The notes under the pieces: generated by a model
Seen by the model: the letters and a program-made list of their open reading frames with translations, nothing else
Database searches by the model: none
Told to the model about the DNA's origin: nothing
Assembly: GCA_051294375.1 (NCBI GenBank)
Contig: CM119263.1
Coordinates: 10,996,703 to 11,060,702 of the forward strand
Reading direction: 5' to 3'
Length of the DNA: 64,000 nucleotides
Origin: Paraspadella gotoi
Taxonomy: Eukaryota > Animalia > Chaetognatha
Translations under genes and position numbers: made by a program
Shown here: positions 41,346 through 56,346 of the stretch, one piece after another
How positions within the stretch are numbered: the stretch's first letter is position 1
Layout of the letters: every line of letters begins with the position of its first letter

Positions 41346-42686
41346 ATGGATCTCCTAAGCTTCTTCCTTTTCTTAATCCTCCTCCTGGTCGTTGTGAAAG
41401 CGTCGAGCCTCTTCGCCCCTCGTCCTGTGTCCGCCGTCGACAAAGCGATTCTCGTCACAGGATGCGATTCTGGCTTCGGCTTCCAGCTCGCCCTCCGCGC
41501 CGTCGACGAGGGATTCCACGTCTTCGCCGGCGTGCTGAGCGCCGAGTCCGGTGATGGCGCCGTCGCTCGCCTCGGCGCCAAAGGCTGCGACGTTGTTCGC
41601 CTAGATGTCTCCGACCAAAAAAGCGTCGACGAGGCGCTGGCCTTCTTGGAGCGCCGCCTGACGGAGCGGCGTCTCTCGCTGCACGGAATCGTCAATAACG
41701 CCGGCGTCAATCTGAGCGTCGGGCCGGTGGAGTGGGCGGCACCCGAATCTGTGTCCAAGGTCATCGACGTGAATACCGTAGGCGTCGTGAGGGTGACCAG
41801 GACGTTTTTGCCGTTGATCAGGGCCAGCAAAGGTGAGTTTTGCGCGGTTGGCTTTCTATTCGTCTCTCGGAATATTGTACGTTATCTGTCGCTTCTTATT
41901 GATAAAAATAAACTATCACAGGCCGCATCGTGAACGTGTGTTCCTTGGGCGCTCACATGCCGCTGCCGGAAGCGCTCCCTTACTCGATGGCGAAAGTTGC
42001 GACGTTCATGTTCTCGCGCGGACTGAGGATCGAAATGAAGCCATTCGGTGTCAAGGTCTCCTCGATTTCTCCCTTGTGAGTTAAAGAAAAATAGATTAAT
42101 TAAATGTGAATTCATTGCATGATATAAGTAGTATTTGAGGCTATGATAAAATTAACATTAAGCTATCATTTGAAAAAAAAAATGTTATAAAAGATTTAAG
42201 TTCATCTCTTCATTTTAAATAAAATTATAAATTTTAGATCCGAAACCTGTAGTAAGAAAAACACCCTGATAATATCTATAATTAACATTTAAAAAAAGTT
42301 ATTACACAACCAACTTGACCGGAAAAGAAAACGTCAAACGGAGTTTGGAGAAAACCTGGTCGGAAGCCACGACTGCGGCGAAAAACGATTACGGCGAAGA
42401 TATTTACGACGAGAAAATGAAGTTGGCGATGAAGGACGTGAGAATTAGCAGGTACATTGAACAATATATTTTTTTTTTTACAATTTTTGTCATCAATTAA
42501 AATCTAATAAATTTTAGGCCTAACACCAAGGAGGTCATAGACTGCATGGTTGACGCTCTGCTCAATGAAAATCCTAAATGCGATTATGTTCCAGATTTTT
42601 TGACTCGAGTCCTAATTTTTGTTTTTGAAATGATGCCACTTTCGTTTGGGGAATATATCCTATTGCGGGCAGCAAAAATGTATTAA
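41346..42686 (+). CDS. Short-chain dehydrogenase/reductase, RDH/HSD17B6/BDH1-like (SDR9C type). Exons 41346-41832, 41922-42075, 42299-42451, 42518-42686
   Basis: N-terminal membrane anchor, TGCDSGFG Rossmann motif, IVNNAGV, GRIVNVCS, catalytic YSMAK, EMKPFGVKVSSISP, DYGE and DCMVDAL. Confidence 0.92.
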
Positions 42687-43806
42687 TTGAAAAAAATCCT
42701 ATTTTAAAAAAAATATTCTAATAACAACTTACTTTAACTTTGTATTTTATTACGGTTATAAAGGAACGAAAATTATTGGTCGAGATCACGCAAAGATGTA
42801 TCAAATGAGTTTACTGAATTCTCGGTTATTCACTCTTTTGGCTCATGATGAGTTTTCCGAAATTAATTACTTCCAAAATAGCATAAAATGATGTTATTTT
42901 TAAAACTTTTCATTGTCTTCCATTACCAATAAAAGCCATCCAATTATTTATCCCTTTGTAGTTTTTTTCATAACAAAAAATTCCCTGGCCAAGGAAATAA
43001 AATTCTTTTTTTTTTTTACGTGTCTTGACGAAGACGACCATCAAGACGACGATGAAGACGACGACGACGACAGAGACGAGGAGATCCTCCAGCAAACCAA
43101 CAGCGCCATCTCTTATTCATCATTTCCGGAGAAAAAGAGGGAGTGGGACGGAGAAAAGAGAGGAAGAGAGCGAAAGAGAGAGGGAAAAGAGTAAGAGAAT
43201 GAATATCGACCGAAGGGTTTTTTTTTTCTCTATTTATATTTATTTATTTTTTGTCCCTGTCGAGGGGAAAATGGCGGAATACAAACAAATAAATCCTGGG
43301 TTGGGAAAACAATGGGAGATAACGAAAGGGCATCATTACACGAGGCTCGAAATGAAAAAAATAATAGGAAATTAGTTTTTTTATTTCTCTGCTTTCGGTC
43401 CGTTGAATGGAGCTTTTTACGGTCCCTTGGAATATTGTCTAAATATGATATGGGGTTGATGTAACTCGTTGGTAATCAAAATTGTCGAATACGAATTTAC
43501 AATAAACACCGCATGATACCACTACTGAATCTAAATGCCGCGTTTAATGTATAATTACTATAATTACTATCTCTAAATGAGAACGAAAAAATAATGTTAT
43601 CTCGGAAAAAAGATTGACCAATGACCAATGACCAATTAATCATGGTCAATGTCTTATGTTCTTTTTTAGCCCCGTGAACGAATGGATCCGTTGTGCTGCC
43701 CTCTTTATTCCGCATTCGATCGAAATATGATGCCAATGCAATTAAGAAAAAAAGAGGTAGAATAAAAGGAATGCCAGAAAGGATAAATGAAGAGTGAGTA
43801 GAAGAG

Positions 43807-43862
<56 letters not shown>

Positions 43863-46815
43863 CCTGATTCGTGCTATTCCTCAATCACGACCGTCCCTTC
43901 CGGGATTCTTGTCCGATTCCCCCCCGAGGAGCGATGACAGGTTTTCGAGGCTTCGATGGAGACGTCACGCAGCACGCCACCGCAAACGTCAAAGAACACG
44001 CTACGCTGCCGAAGTCATGTTAAATAAGAGCCTAGCAATGCTTTACCAATCTCCTCAACCAACTTCAACTGCCAATTTCTTCGACACAACCAATCACAAC
44101 CACGCGAACTCGCGTCGCAAATCAATCAAATACACCGAGTCCGTCCCTTCTAGTCGGATGAGTTTCTACGAATTCAAATCCATTCTCAAGTTTTTGATTT
44201 TAAAGTACTTTATAACTGACAAATTCACGAGATCGTTAATTTTCCGCCATCTCTTCCCTGATCAATTGATAACCTCTCTCCACTTACGCCATTATGATCA
44301 ACTAATATTCTAGACACATGAACTAACCTCACACTTTTCGTGACTCCGTGTTTCTTACTCGTACTTATAGCGCTATTTCACTTTACCCCTTTTCGTTACC
44401 AATCACCCCTTTTTCACCACTCACCCAATCCATCACTCCTCCAACCACTCCTCACCACCTCACTGACGCCACCCTCTCACGCACGAACACCGCTTCCCCC
44501 CTGACGTCGCCCCGTGGCGGAAGCGAAGGCCCCCCGANNNNNNNNNNCTTTTCTTTCTTTCATCTCGCGTTCGCCTCCACTGGAAAAAGGTTCAATAAAA
44601 ACCTTTGGGAGAACCGATATCGGTTCGCCTTTTTCTATCACCCGAGATAAAATGGCTGATGTGACCGNNNNNNNNNNNNNNNNNNNNNNNNNNNNNNNNN
44701 NNNNNNNNNNNNNNNNNNNNNNNNNNNNNNNNNNNNNNNNNNNNNNNNNNNNNNNNNNNNNNNNNNNNNNNNNNNNNNNNNNNNNNNNNNNNNNNNNNNN
44801 NNNNNNNNNNNNNNNNNNNNNNNNNNNNNNNNNNNNNNNNNNNNNNNNNNAGTTTCTGACGTCATATCTTGTTTTTAACTTCGGTAAATTAGCTTTTAGT
44901 AAAACCTCTTTTAGTAAAACATATTGCCGATGCGCATGAAATGTCAGTTCAAAAATTAAAAAAAAAGCGAGGATTCTCCAACGATATTTAAGTACTGAAA
45001 CGAACAGAAAGAAATGAATTTTAAAAAAACAAAGCTGTTACGGTTTTTTCCCCTTAAGATTTCGCCAAGGCGGTTNNNNNNNNNNNNNNNNNNNNNNNNN
45101 NNNNNNNNNNNNNNNNNNNNNNNNNNNNNNNNNNNNNNNNNNNNNNNNNNNNNNNNNNNNNNNNNNNNNNNNNNNNNNNNNNNNNNNNNNNNNNNNNNNN
45201 NNNNNNNNNNNNNNNNNNNNNNNNNNNNNNNNNNNNNNNNNNNNNNNNNNNNNNNNNNNNNNNNNNNNNNNNCGCGGTTAACGTCGTCGAAGTCCTCAAT
45301 GACTTTTTAGTTAATGTCATTGTTGTGATGAATGTCGTCGTTGTCGTTATTGCTGTGGATAAAGTTGATGACATCGTCACCGTGATTTCGCCAACGCAAG
45401 GTTTATCGTCGTCGTCGTCGTCGTCGTCGTCGTTTGCGAAAGTAAAATTTCGGTTGATGTTTTCCGACCTTCAGGCGCGATTAGATGGTATGAGCATTGA
45501 GCAGGTATGTTATAAAATATGCAGGGTGTATTATATCACTTTTTTTTTCGAACTTGCAGAATTCATACTTTAACAAGGCAGCGAATAACCGACTTAACAG
45601 ATAAAACTTGACGACAAAGGCGTTCGGCCTCTCTTTTTTTTTTTTNNNNNNNNNNNNNNNNNNNNNNNNNNNNNNNNNNNNNNNNNNNNNNNNNNNNNNN
45701 NNNNNNNNNNNNNNNNNNNNNNNNNNNNNNNNNNNNNNNNNNNNNNNNNNNNNNNNNNNNNNNNNNNNNNNNNNNNNNNNNNNNNNNNNNNNNNNNNNNN
45801 NNNNNNNNNNNNNNTTAAATGAAATTCGTTGAGGAAACAAAGAATCGGATAAAACTTTCTCACTGATTCGCACACAAATCAAAATACTTGTTCTTGCTTG
45901 AATGCTGTCCTATTATATAGAACTGAAAATGAAATTAAAAAAAAAAAAAAATCCCGATTGAAGAAAAAGCGAAATTAATAAAAATGAAATCCAAGTTAAC
46001 ATTAACAAAGCTCCCAATTTGTGAGAAACTAATTGCTAAACAAGAATAAAGCAAAGCAATAAAAAGAGAAAGAAAAAAAATAAAACTAAATTGAAAAAAA
46101 GGGGAGCTGTACTGGCCACAAAAACGCCAAAAGAAGAAAGAAATTTTTTTTTGTCTCAAAATGAAATCCCAGTCGAAAGAAGAAAATCCGAAGGAAAAAA
46201 AAAACTCCATTGGAATTCTGAGGAAAGGAGAGGGAGAAATGAGAGGCGAAATGAGTGAGAAAAAGGAAAGGGGAGAAAAAGGAAAGGAGAGAAAATGAAA
46301 GTAGAGAAAAAAAGGAAGGAAAGGAAAGNNNNNNNNNNNNNNNNNNNNNNNNNNNNNNNNNNNNNNNNNNNNNNNNNNNNNNNNNNNNNNNNNNNNNNNN
46401 NNNNNNNNNNNNNNNNNNNNNNNNNNNNNNNNNNNNNNNNNNNNNNNNNNNNNNNNNNNNNNNNNNNNNNNNNNNNNNNNNNNAAGAAGAGAAAAATAAA
46501 AGGAATAATATGATAGGAAGAATATTGACTGGCGGGGCGAAGCAAGTGGGGATTGAAAAAAGAAAAGTGATAGAGAGAGATTGAGAGAGAGAGAGAGTAG
46601 AAGAGAGGAAAAAAGTAGAACAACGGAGACAAGAAAAAAGGGGGAAAAAAGAAGAAAATCTACAACTTTTCGCTTTTCGTCACATTCATTCATTCGAGAA
46701 TGAAATGGAAAAAAAAGGAGTAAGAATAGAGAGAAAAAAAAATCTTATTATAAAAAATCGAAGAGCGAATTTTTAGTTTTGCTTTTAGAACGAAATCAAC
46801 GAATCGTCGTTTCTG

Positions 46816-46849
<34 letters not shown>

Positions 46850-46904
46850 NNNNNNNNNNNNNNNNNNNNNNNNNNNNNNNNNNNNNNNNNNNNNNNNNNN
46901 NNNN

Positions 46905-46939
<35 letters not shown>

Positions 46940-47145
46940 ATTTAAATAATGACGAATCATTAATTATTTATATTCTATTGTATTGCTATGTAGTTATTGT
47001 TGTAATCGACGATGTTTTTTTTTTAATATTCGACTCTACGATTTCTTTTTCTTTCCATTTTATCCATTTTATTAAATTTTACAACTTTCCCCCTTCGCTA
47101 TCAACATTGCGCAAATTTCCCGGCCCAGGATCCAAAAACAACATC

Positions 47146-47276
<131 letters not shown>

Positions 47277-47822
47277 ACCGTCGTTCCCCATCCTTTTTCC
47301 CCTCTTTGGTTTTTATTTTCATAATTCCATTAGGGACATTTCTTGTTTTCCGATACCTCTCTCACTTTCGCTAAGAGGATTTCAAAACTTCCTGTTTAGA
47401 ATAACGCAGTTATTGTAATCAAATTATTATTCATATTTTATCAAAAAAATTATTTTCCTTCGTAATAATTATACACATGGTCGTTACGGACGTCAACATA
47501 AATTGCAATAAAAAAAAGAATTACAAAAAAAACAAAAAAACACACACATCCAAGAGAAACATCTTCCCTCGAGAATCAAGGGAAGGATAAATTTTCAAAT
47601 CCGTTTGAAAACAGTTTTAATTCCACTTTTGTCTCACGCGTTTATTCAGGCGAGGGAGAGAGAAGACAGAAGAAATGCGCCGGAGAAGGTTACATGAAGG
47701 TAGAGATGGATAAGGAAAGAGATTTAGAGAAGAGACAAAAAAAAGATAGAAAGAGAGTAAGAAGGAAAGAAAGAAAGAAAGAAAGATTAAAACTGAAAAA
47801 ATGGGATAAGGAAGAATTTGGA

Positions 47823-47854
<32 letters not shown>

Positions 47855-48877
47855 NNNNNNNNNNNNNNNNNNNNNNNNNNNNNNNNNNNNNNNNNNNNNN
47901 NNNNNNNNNNNNNNNNNNNNNNNNNNNNNNNNNNNNNNNNNNNNNNNNNNNNNNNNNNNNNNNNNNNNNNNNNNNNNNNNNNNNNNNNNNNNNNNNNNNG
48001 AGAGAGAGAGAGAGAAATAGGATGTGAATCAAAGGAAAGAGAGAAAGATAGAGAGAGAGAGAGGAATTGTGAGTCTATGGAGTTAATCAAACAGAGGTAG
48101 GCGCTGCTCGCTTCAATGCGACCGGAAATGAAGAGACTTGGGAAGAAGAGGAAGAAAGAAGGGAGAGGGAGGAAAGAAGGGAGAGGGAGGAAAGAAGGGA
48201 GAGGGAGGAAAGTGGGGAGAAAAAAATTGCGAAGAAAAGAAAAGGAGAAAAGGAGAAAAGAAGACGATTGCAGCAGGATGATGCAAAGCGGTTTTAACCT
48301 ACACTTTAAATAAGTAAGCTATTGAATTATATATCTATAAGTTTTTATAAAGGTTGAATAACTAGACTTCGCATTTATTTGTCACGGGATAATAAAATTC
48401 GGAAATTCAGAATTATATTCATTCTCAGTAGATGATTCACGAGGCCATGGAGAAGGAAAAAAATGGGCGAAAACAGTAAAACCAAAACAAAAAATGACTA
48501 AAAACAAAGAAATGAAGCTCATGCTAAAAAGATAATGTATAGGAACTAGTACTAGTACTAGTACTAAGTCGGATGGGTTAGACTTAGAGGGTGTCTTTGG
48601 CTTCCTATTTTTTCCGAGGAACAGAAAAAGGCGGGAAAGAAAAAGACCCGACTACGACCGGTGAGGGAAGGAGATCGAAGATGGCGGTCTGGCTCGTAGG
48701 TGGCGGTCTGGCGGTCTAGATGGCAGAGAAGACTAAGAATTGCGAAAATAGTTAGTAACATAGATAAATAGATAAATAGCCAGAGGCAGTCAGAAAATGA
48801 TGAACGAAACTCAATGATCGAACCAAGGATTTGAATCAGAAGGGAAGGTAGAGGTTGAGCACAGACAGACGTGAGTT

Positions 48878-48992
<115 letters not shown>

Positions 48993-50051
48993 TTTAAGTC
49001 GAAAGGAGGAATCAAGAAAACACGACAACTTTTTCTTCTTTTTCAAAACCTTTCGCTTTGTTTTTAACTGCGTCTGGGAAGGGAGGGGGTTCAGTAATAT
49101 ATATCTTAAAGGTATGCTATGTGTGCGAAGTAAAAATAACATCCGGTTCTTAACCCCCATTTTTTAAAATAAGTAATGTTCTCTCATTTATTTGTAATTC
49201 GTTAGACCAAAGAATAGATTCAAATAATTATTACTCTAAACAGGTAAAGCGTTTGCCATTTTCTCTAGGATTTAATTTAAAGAAAAATCAATTATTTTTT
49301 CCCCTACATTTTCTATATTTTTCTCGTTTTCCTTGTTTATTTTTTTACGAATACGAGAATCGACAGAGAAGATGAGTCAGTGAAAGTTGAGACGAAGACG
49401 AGGGACGCGAGCGAAAATGCAACCGGATGTGAAAGAAAAAGCTTCAGTGAAAATTGCAAGTGAAATAGAAAACTCAGATATCGCGTGATCAAACGTAAAA
49501 GAATCCAATACTCACTATCCTCCTGTCCTTCTATCCTTCTGTCCTCCTATCCTCCTATCCTCCAATCCTCCTGTCCTTCTATCCTCCTATTCTCCTCTCC
49601 TCCCTATCAGTCCAGTATTGGAGACCTACACCTGTACCTGAAAATTCCAAGATTAGAAATAGAAGGGAACGAGGAAAGGAGAGAAGGAAAGAGGTTGAGC
49701 GGTTGGCGAAAGACAAAGAAAACAATGATAAGTGTATGTTCTCGCACCTCTTGGAGACGGAGCATGTAGATCTAAAACGATTCGACTGACCAANNNNNNN
49801 NNNNNNNNNNNNNNNNNNNNNNNNNNNNNNNNNNNNNNNNNNNNNNNNNNNNNNNNNNNNNNNNNNNNNNNNNNNNNNNNNNNNNNNNNNNNNNNNNNNN
49901 NNNNNNNNNNNNNNNNNNNNNNNNNNNNNNNNNNNNNNNNNNNNNNNNNNNNNNNNNNNNNNNNNNNNNNNNNNNNNNNNNNNNNNNNNNNNNNNNNNNN
50001 NNNNNNNNNNNNNNNNNNNNNNNNNNNNNNNNNNNNNNNNNNNNNNNNNNN

Positions 50052-50085
<34 letters not shown>

Positions 50086-51457
50086 GGAAGGGAGTGTAAG
50101 AGAGAGAGAGAAAGAGACGATTGAATGAGATTTGCATTCGCGTCGCTTTGCACCCACTTTGTAATTCGAAATCAGGTCATCAGGTGCATCAAGCGTTGAA
50201 TGAGTGAGTGATTTGAGGCGGTTGAATTGGCAACGCTCAAAGCGCTAAGCTACACTAGTTTAATCAGTGAACCAAATTAAACAATAAGACATTTAAATAA
50301 ATCAAGATAACAATAAAAAAATAAATTATAAATAAATAACAAACTAAATTATAAATAAATAACAAAATCAATAAATCAATAAATCACTGAGTAAATGAGT
50401 GATTGAAAGTGAAATTTGAAATCATTATCCTCAGCATCCGTTAATCGCGAGTCACTTCAGGCCGCCCGTGTCACCTTCACAGTGGCCTTCGACGCGAGGC
50501 GAGTCCAACTCTACTTTCTTCGTCACGAAGAATCGAGGCGAACGAATGTGAATGAACGGGAAGACTGAATGTGAATTGTATGAATGTGAATAGGCTCACG
50601 AGCGAAGAGGGCCTCGAGACAAAAGGCTCGCGACTCCGTCCACCGACGTTTCTTACGATCGTCAACCGGGCCGGTCACGTGACGCGTCTCGCGCCGACTC
50701 ATTAGCGACGTTCGTGGTTCATTAAAGGCGATCGACGCTTCGTAGTTGTCGTCGTCGTCTTCTTCGTCATCGGCATCGTCGTCCTGGCGTTCTTTGTTGT
50801 TCGTTGTCATTCTGCGACGTTCTACTATCATTTTCATTTGCGTTTCAAAGTCCCTTTCAAAAATTAATATTTTTTTTAATGCCACCTGACTACCTACTTT
50901 CTTTTACTCACCTTTTCCTTTTTTTTTCAACTTCACAACATAATCTCTTTCTTCCCTTTTAATTATACTCTATTCTTTCTTCACGCATCATTAATTCCTC
51001 TTCATTCGCCGGACGGAATCGGTCAACGTTTTATCCCTTACCTTCTTTCTATCTTTTTATCTTCTCTTTTGATCCTTTCAATCGCCCTTCTCTTCTTCAC
51101 GCTTCCCTTTTTTTCCCCGCCAAAATCATTCGTCATTTAATCTCGGTCATTCTTCTCTTTCCATTTTTTTTCACGTCCGCCGAATCACTTTTTATTTTGT
51201 GGCGCAACTCTCGTGCGAGATTCTGGGACTTCGCCTGGGCCAATTGGCCACTGAGCACCACTACCATAATTTTATTAGCGTCCTTCGTAATTATTATGCT
51301 ACTTACAATAACTGTCCTCGCGATATACTATTTTTTTTCCACTACGTATATGCGAGCAAAAGTTAAAAAAATGTCATTGGAAGGATAAAATTTGAAATTC
51401 AGGTGTTAAAAAAATATATTTATATATATATATTATAAATATATAATATATATAATA

Positions 51458-52054
51458 CTAATAATTGTTCACTTGTCAATGTTCTGTGTGGTAACTGGAT
51501 GATTTTTCATTGCACTTTAATAATAGTAAATATATTTTTTTCTTGTAAAATCGTAGTAAAAATGTGTCATTGTAAGTAACTAGATAAAAAATTCTTCTTT
51601 TGTCACTTTACTTAACTCTGAAAATCCGCAAATACATAGATGGATGGAGTAAATGAAAAGCCAATGACAATCGTAACTTTTTCAGCGCGCGACAATTCAT
51701 TGGTTTGTTGAAACAAGACAATAACAAATCTCGGTTTTTGATGCAAAAAGCATAAAAGATATCTTCATTGAAAAATTGGAAAATTGAAATATCAAAGGAT
51801 ACTTTCCGCGTGATTTTTACTTTGTTTTTAATATTGAATATTGTATTTGAATATCCGTTTTTGCTTTTGTCACCCACATTTGATAAAAATGATTTTTTTT
51901 TCTTTTTCGTTCGTTTGGATTTTATTTAATTTTTTTAAAATTTTATCTTTTATCTTTCATTGTTGTCGATTTTTCTAATTTTTCCTGACGTTAAACTTAA
52001 TGTCTCTTTTGTCCTTCGAGTGTTTTGTCGTCTCAAAATTCTTCTCTCTCTCTC

Positions 52055-52119
<65 letters not shown>

Positions 52120-53506
52120 CTCTCTTCCTATCTCTCTCTCTCTCTCTTCTCGTCCTCCCTCTCTCTCTCTCCTCTCTCTTTCTCTCTCTACCTCCTTCTC
52201 CTCTCCGCTTCCTCTCCATCTCTCGCGTCTCGCGCTAAAAAAAAAAGTCTTCGGTCTTCTTCGTCTCGCGTCGTTCACGAAGACGCCGGGCGCGCGAGCG
52301 ACTCGCAGGCAGAACGCGCCCTTTATATCTCGTTCATCCGCAGGGAAGGCGCCGTTCTAATCGGTTCACTCGCGTTTCGTTAGATTCGTTCGCTAAAGAT
52401 CTCGAATGGTTCGTTTAGTTTTCGATTACACTCGCTCGTTTTTAGATTCTTTACGGAAATTCGCATTCATCCACATTGCCTTTTGCTGTGAATATCTTTT
52501 TTTAGATTCGCAGTCCATTCGGTCTGTTTTGGCGTCTGTTTTTTAAATGCGTCTGGAGTGTTTATTCTTTTTTTCTGTCTGTCTTAATTTAAGAACGATT
52601 TTACCTTTTTTCTTTTTTTTTTTTTTTGAAAAGGCTGAAATTTTCGGGTGCTTTATAAGGATCTGAAAACCAGAGAAAATAAACACGGTCGAAAAAATAT
52701 GTTTTGAAAAAAAATTTTGGTCTCTCACATTCAAAAGTGTTTTTCGAAGGGAATCTCTTTAAAACTTAAACTGCTTTACAAAGTGAGTATGATGAAGATT
52801 TGGTACAACAACCAATGTAAAAAAATTATCCATTCATTTAATAAATATAATATATATTAATAAAATATAAATATATAATATATATAAATGAATATATATA
52901 NNNNNNNNNNNNNNNNNNNNNNNNNAATGGATAATTTTTACATTGGTTGTACCAATTTCATATATCACTTGTAAACGTTTAAGTTTTAAGAGATTCCCTT
53001 CAAACGACTTTGAATGTGAGAGACCAAATTTTTTTCAAAACATTTCGACCGTGTTTTTCTCTGGTTTCAGATCCTTATAAAGCACCGAAAATTTCAGCCT
53101 TCAAAAAAAAAAAAAGAAAAAAAAGGTAAATCGTTCTTAAATTAAGACAGACAGAAAAAAAGAATAAACACTCAGACGCATTTAAAAACAGACGGCCAAA
53201 CAGACGAATGGACTGCGAACTAAAAAAGATATTCACGCAAAGGCATGTGGATGAATGCGAATTTCCGTCAAACGAATCTAAAAACGAGCGAGTGTAATCG
53301 AAAACTAAACGAACATTCGAGATCTTTAGCGAACGAATCTATACGAACGCGAGTGAACGCGAGTGAACGCGCCTTCCCTGCGGATGAACGGATATAAAGG
53401 CGCGTTCCCTGCGAGTCGCTCGCGCGCCCGCGTCTTTCGTGAACGACGCGAGACGAAGAAGACCGAAGACTTTTTTTTAGCGCCGAGACGCGAGAGATGG
53501 AGAGGA

Positions 53507-53592
<86 letters not shown>

Positions 53593-54153
53593 TTGAGACG
53601 ACAAAACACTCGAAGACAAAAGAGACATGAAGTTTAACGTCAGGAAAATTAGAAAAAATCGACAACAATTGAAAGATAAAAGATAAAATTTTAAAAAATA
53701 AAATAAAATCCAAACGAAACGAAAAAGAAAAAAAAATCATTTTTATCAATGTGGGTGACAAAAGCAAAACGGATATTCAATACAATATTCAATATAAAAC
53801 AAAAGTAAAAAATCACGCGGGAAAGTATTCTTTATATTTCAATTTTCCAATTTTTTCAATGAGATATTTTTATGCTTTTTGCATCAAAAACCGAGATTTT
53901 GTTATTTCTTGTTTCAACAAACAATGAATTGTCGCGCGCGAAAAGTTACGATGTCATTGGCTTTTCATTTACTCCATCATCTATGTATTTGCGGATTTTC
54001 AGAGTAAGTAAAGTGACAAAAGAGGAATTTTTTCTGTTACTTACAATGACACATTTTTGTACGATTTTACAAGATATATTTTACTATTATTAAAGTGCAA
54101 TGAAAAATCATCACAGTTACCTACATGAACATTGAACAGTGAACAATTATTAG
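51458..54153. repeat. Large inverted duplication: arms ~51458-52836 and ~52926-54153 around an N gap
   Basis: Arm 2 is the reverse complement of arm 1 from end to end (ctaataattgttcact.../...agtgaacaattattag), with many 1-nt deletions. Confidence 0.9.
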
Positions 54154-54458
54154 CATGAGTTAAGAACATAAGCTTCAAAATTATTTTCTAAAACTTACAT
54201 AAATTGCATTAGATTAATTTGACATTCTTTTTGATTATGCGAACATATTCTACGTAAAACTATTTTTCTCCTTCCAAATTGCCAATACTTCGGCTCGACC
54301 AGATAAATTACGATGACGATATCGACACAGTCGCTTTGCTCTCTTTTATGAGACGGACGAAAGGCGATCTGATTTTTTTTTTAAATATGAGTCTGAAGCG
54401 TCGCATTAAATCTGTAACGGTCTTTGTGAGCCTTAAAGAAAGTGAGAAAAGAGAGAGA

Positions 54459-54513
<55 letters not shown>

Positions 54514-54515
54514 TA

Positions 54516-54557
<42 letters not shown>

Positions 54558-56069
54558 GAGAAATTGAATGCGAAGAACAAATGAAAGATGGAAGGAGAGA
54601 GTCGAAGGAAGAGCTCGAGAAGACAGAAGAAAAAAGTTGAAAGAGAAAAAAAAAGAACAAAGAAATCGAAATAGAAAAAAAAATCTCGATAAAAAAAAGG
54701 GCGACGGAGAAGAAGAAAGAAAGAGAAAAAGAAGAAGAGTTCAAAAGAAAAAGAAAAGAGAAATGAGAAAAAAACACCATAAACCAAAAAATAAAAAAAA
54801 AAAGAAAATAGAAGAGAAGAAATTTGTAATGAGACCTCGCTTTGAGCGAAGCAATCAAAAAGTGCGTTAGACGCTGGGCGGGATATGGGGTGATGGGGGA
54901 AAGTGTGGGGGGGGAGAAAAGAGTGCGAAGGAAGTTTACGCGATGGGTGATATGCGCGGTGAAAAGGAGCGACGCGGGATTGAAGACAAAGGAGCAGTTT
55001 GAGTTGCGTGGGGGGAAAATAAAGTGGGGGGGGGGAGTAATACTCTAGGTGAGACAAAGCGAAGAGACGGCGGAAAAGAATAGAATACTTTAGGCACATA
55101 TAGATCAGTTGTTGAGCGCGGGTTTGTCGTAACCGGCTTGACATTATTTATCGGACATTTATCACTCGTTTCAAAAGGCAATAAATGTGGTATGAAGTCA
55201 CTAAAAATTGCATCCACGAAGTCTGATCGTGCGTTGTAGTAGGATGCGCGCAATTGTTATTAACGACAAACTAGAGAGACGAGGGACACGAAGGTGGGCG
55301 ACCACTGAGTAGGTCGTTGGCGTTAAAGCAAATCACGGACAGCGGCGACCGGACGAACGAACGACGCTTAATGTGCGGACGCCATCGTCTCGGTCGATCG
55401 TACTCATAAAGAAGGCTGGACAACGCTAGTGTTTTTTTTTTCGTGCATTAAGAAGGTAAGGTTGGGTAAGTTAAGTTCGGTCGAGGTCGGATTCGATGAT
55501 AGAAATGATGGAAACAGATAGGAGTGGAGTTTGGGAGCGAGAGATTGGCAGAGTGGTCGTCGCGAAATGTCAAGTGGTCGCAGGGCGCGATGAAAGCAAT
55601 TACGCTTGTTTGACAAAAGCGGGATTGAGTCTGAGAGACCGCTTTCGCCCACGAAAGATTAAAGTGAATGTGGCAAAAGAAAAAAGCTCGGAGCCTTAGA
55701 GAGAATCGTCGTGAAAAAGAGGATTGGGAGATGAGATTTAAGATGAGAGAAAGGGGAGGCAGTACTTATATGTCATTTCCTATTTGTACTGAGAGGTCCG
55801 GCTGATATTTAAATATTTATCATTGCGACTTCCGGTGATTCTTGCTGCCTTAAATGTGTTGTTGATACAGTTGTTTTTAAATCAGACGGAGCTTTTACAT
55901 TCTCGCCGCTTTCTGACTTTAGTTATGCGTGACTTTAATCAATACCGTTTTCCGACCTCAAAATTAAATTCAGAGGACCCGCTCAAGTAAGAAACCAAAA
56001 CTACGCCCCCCATACTTACCCTGACGCTTTTTCGAGCGTGGGGGTCGGTTTCACGGGTTTACTGCTATT

Positions 56070-56346
56070 TGGCAGGATCGGACCAGCAGGATCGTGGGAT
56101 AAAAGAATAGACATCAAAGACCGTTTTTTCAACAAGCAGGAATTTTTTTCGTGGCAGGATTGGATTGTTGCTCTCAGTATTTTTACAGCAGGATTTAATT
56201 TTCGTGGCAGGACATAAAAATGATTAAGTGGGATTTTTAGTGGCAGGAATGATTTTTGCTGGCAGGAACAGTCATTTTTAAGCAAACTGGAAACTTTATA
56301 GCAGGATTTTTTTCTCAAAGCAGGAATATTTCCTCTTGGCAGGACT
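56070..56346 (+). repeat. Cluster of 11 same-strand GCAGGA motifs
   Basis: GCAGGA near 56072, 56086, 56136, 56154, 56188, 56207, 56243, 56262, 56301, 56320 and 56339, often 18-19 nt apart. Confidence 0.75.

Noticed and set aside
56070-56346. CRISPR-like repeat-spacer pattern
   Set aside because: The repeat is only 6 nt, spacing is irregular, the context is eukaryotic and there are no cas genes.
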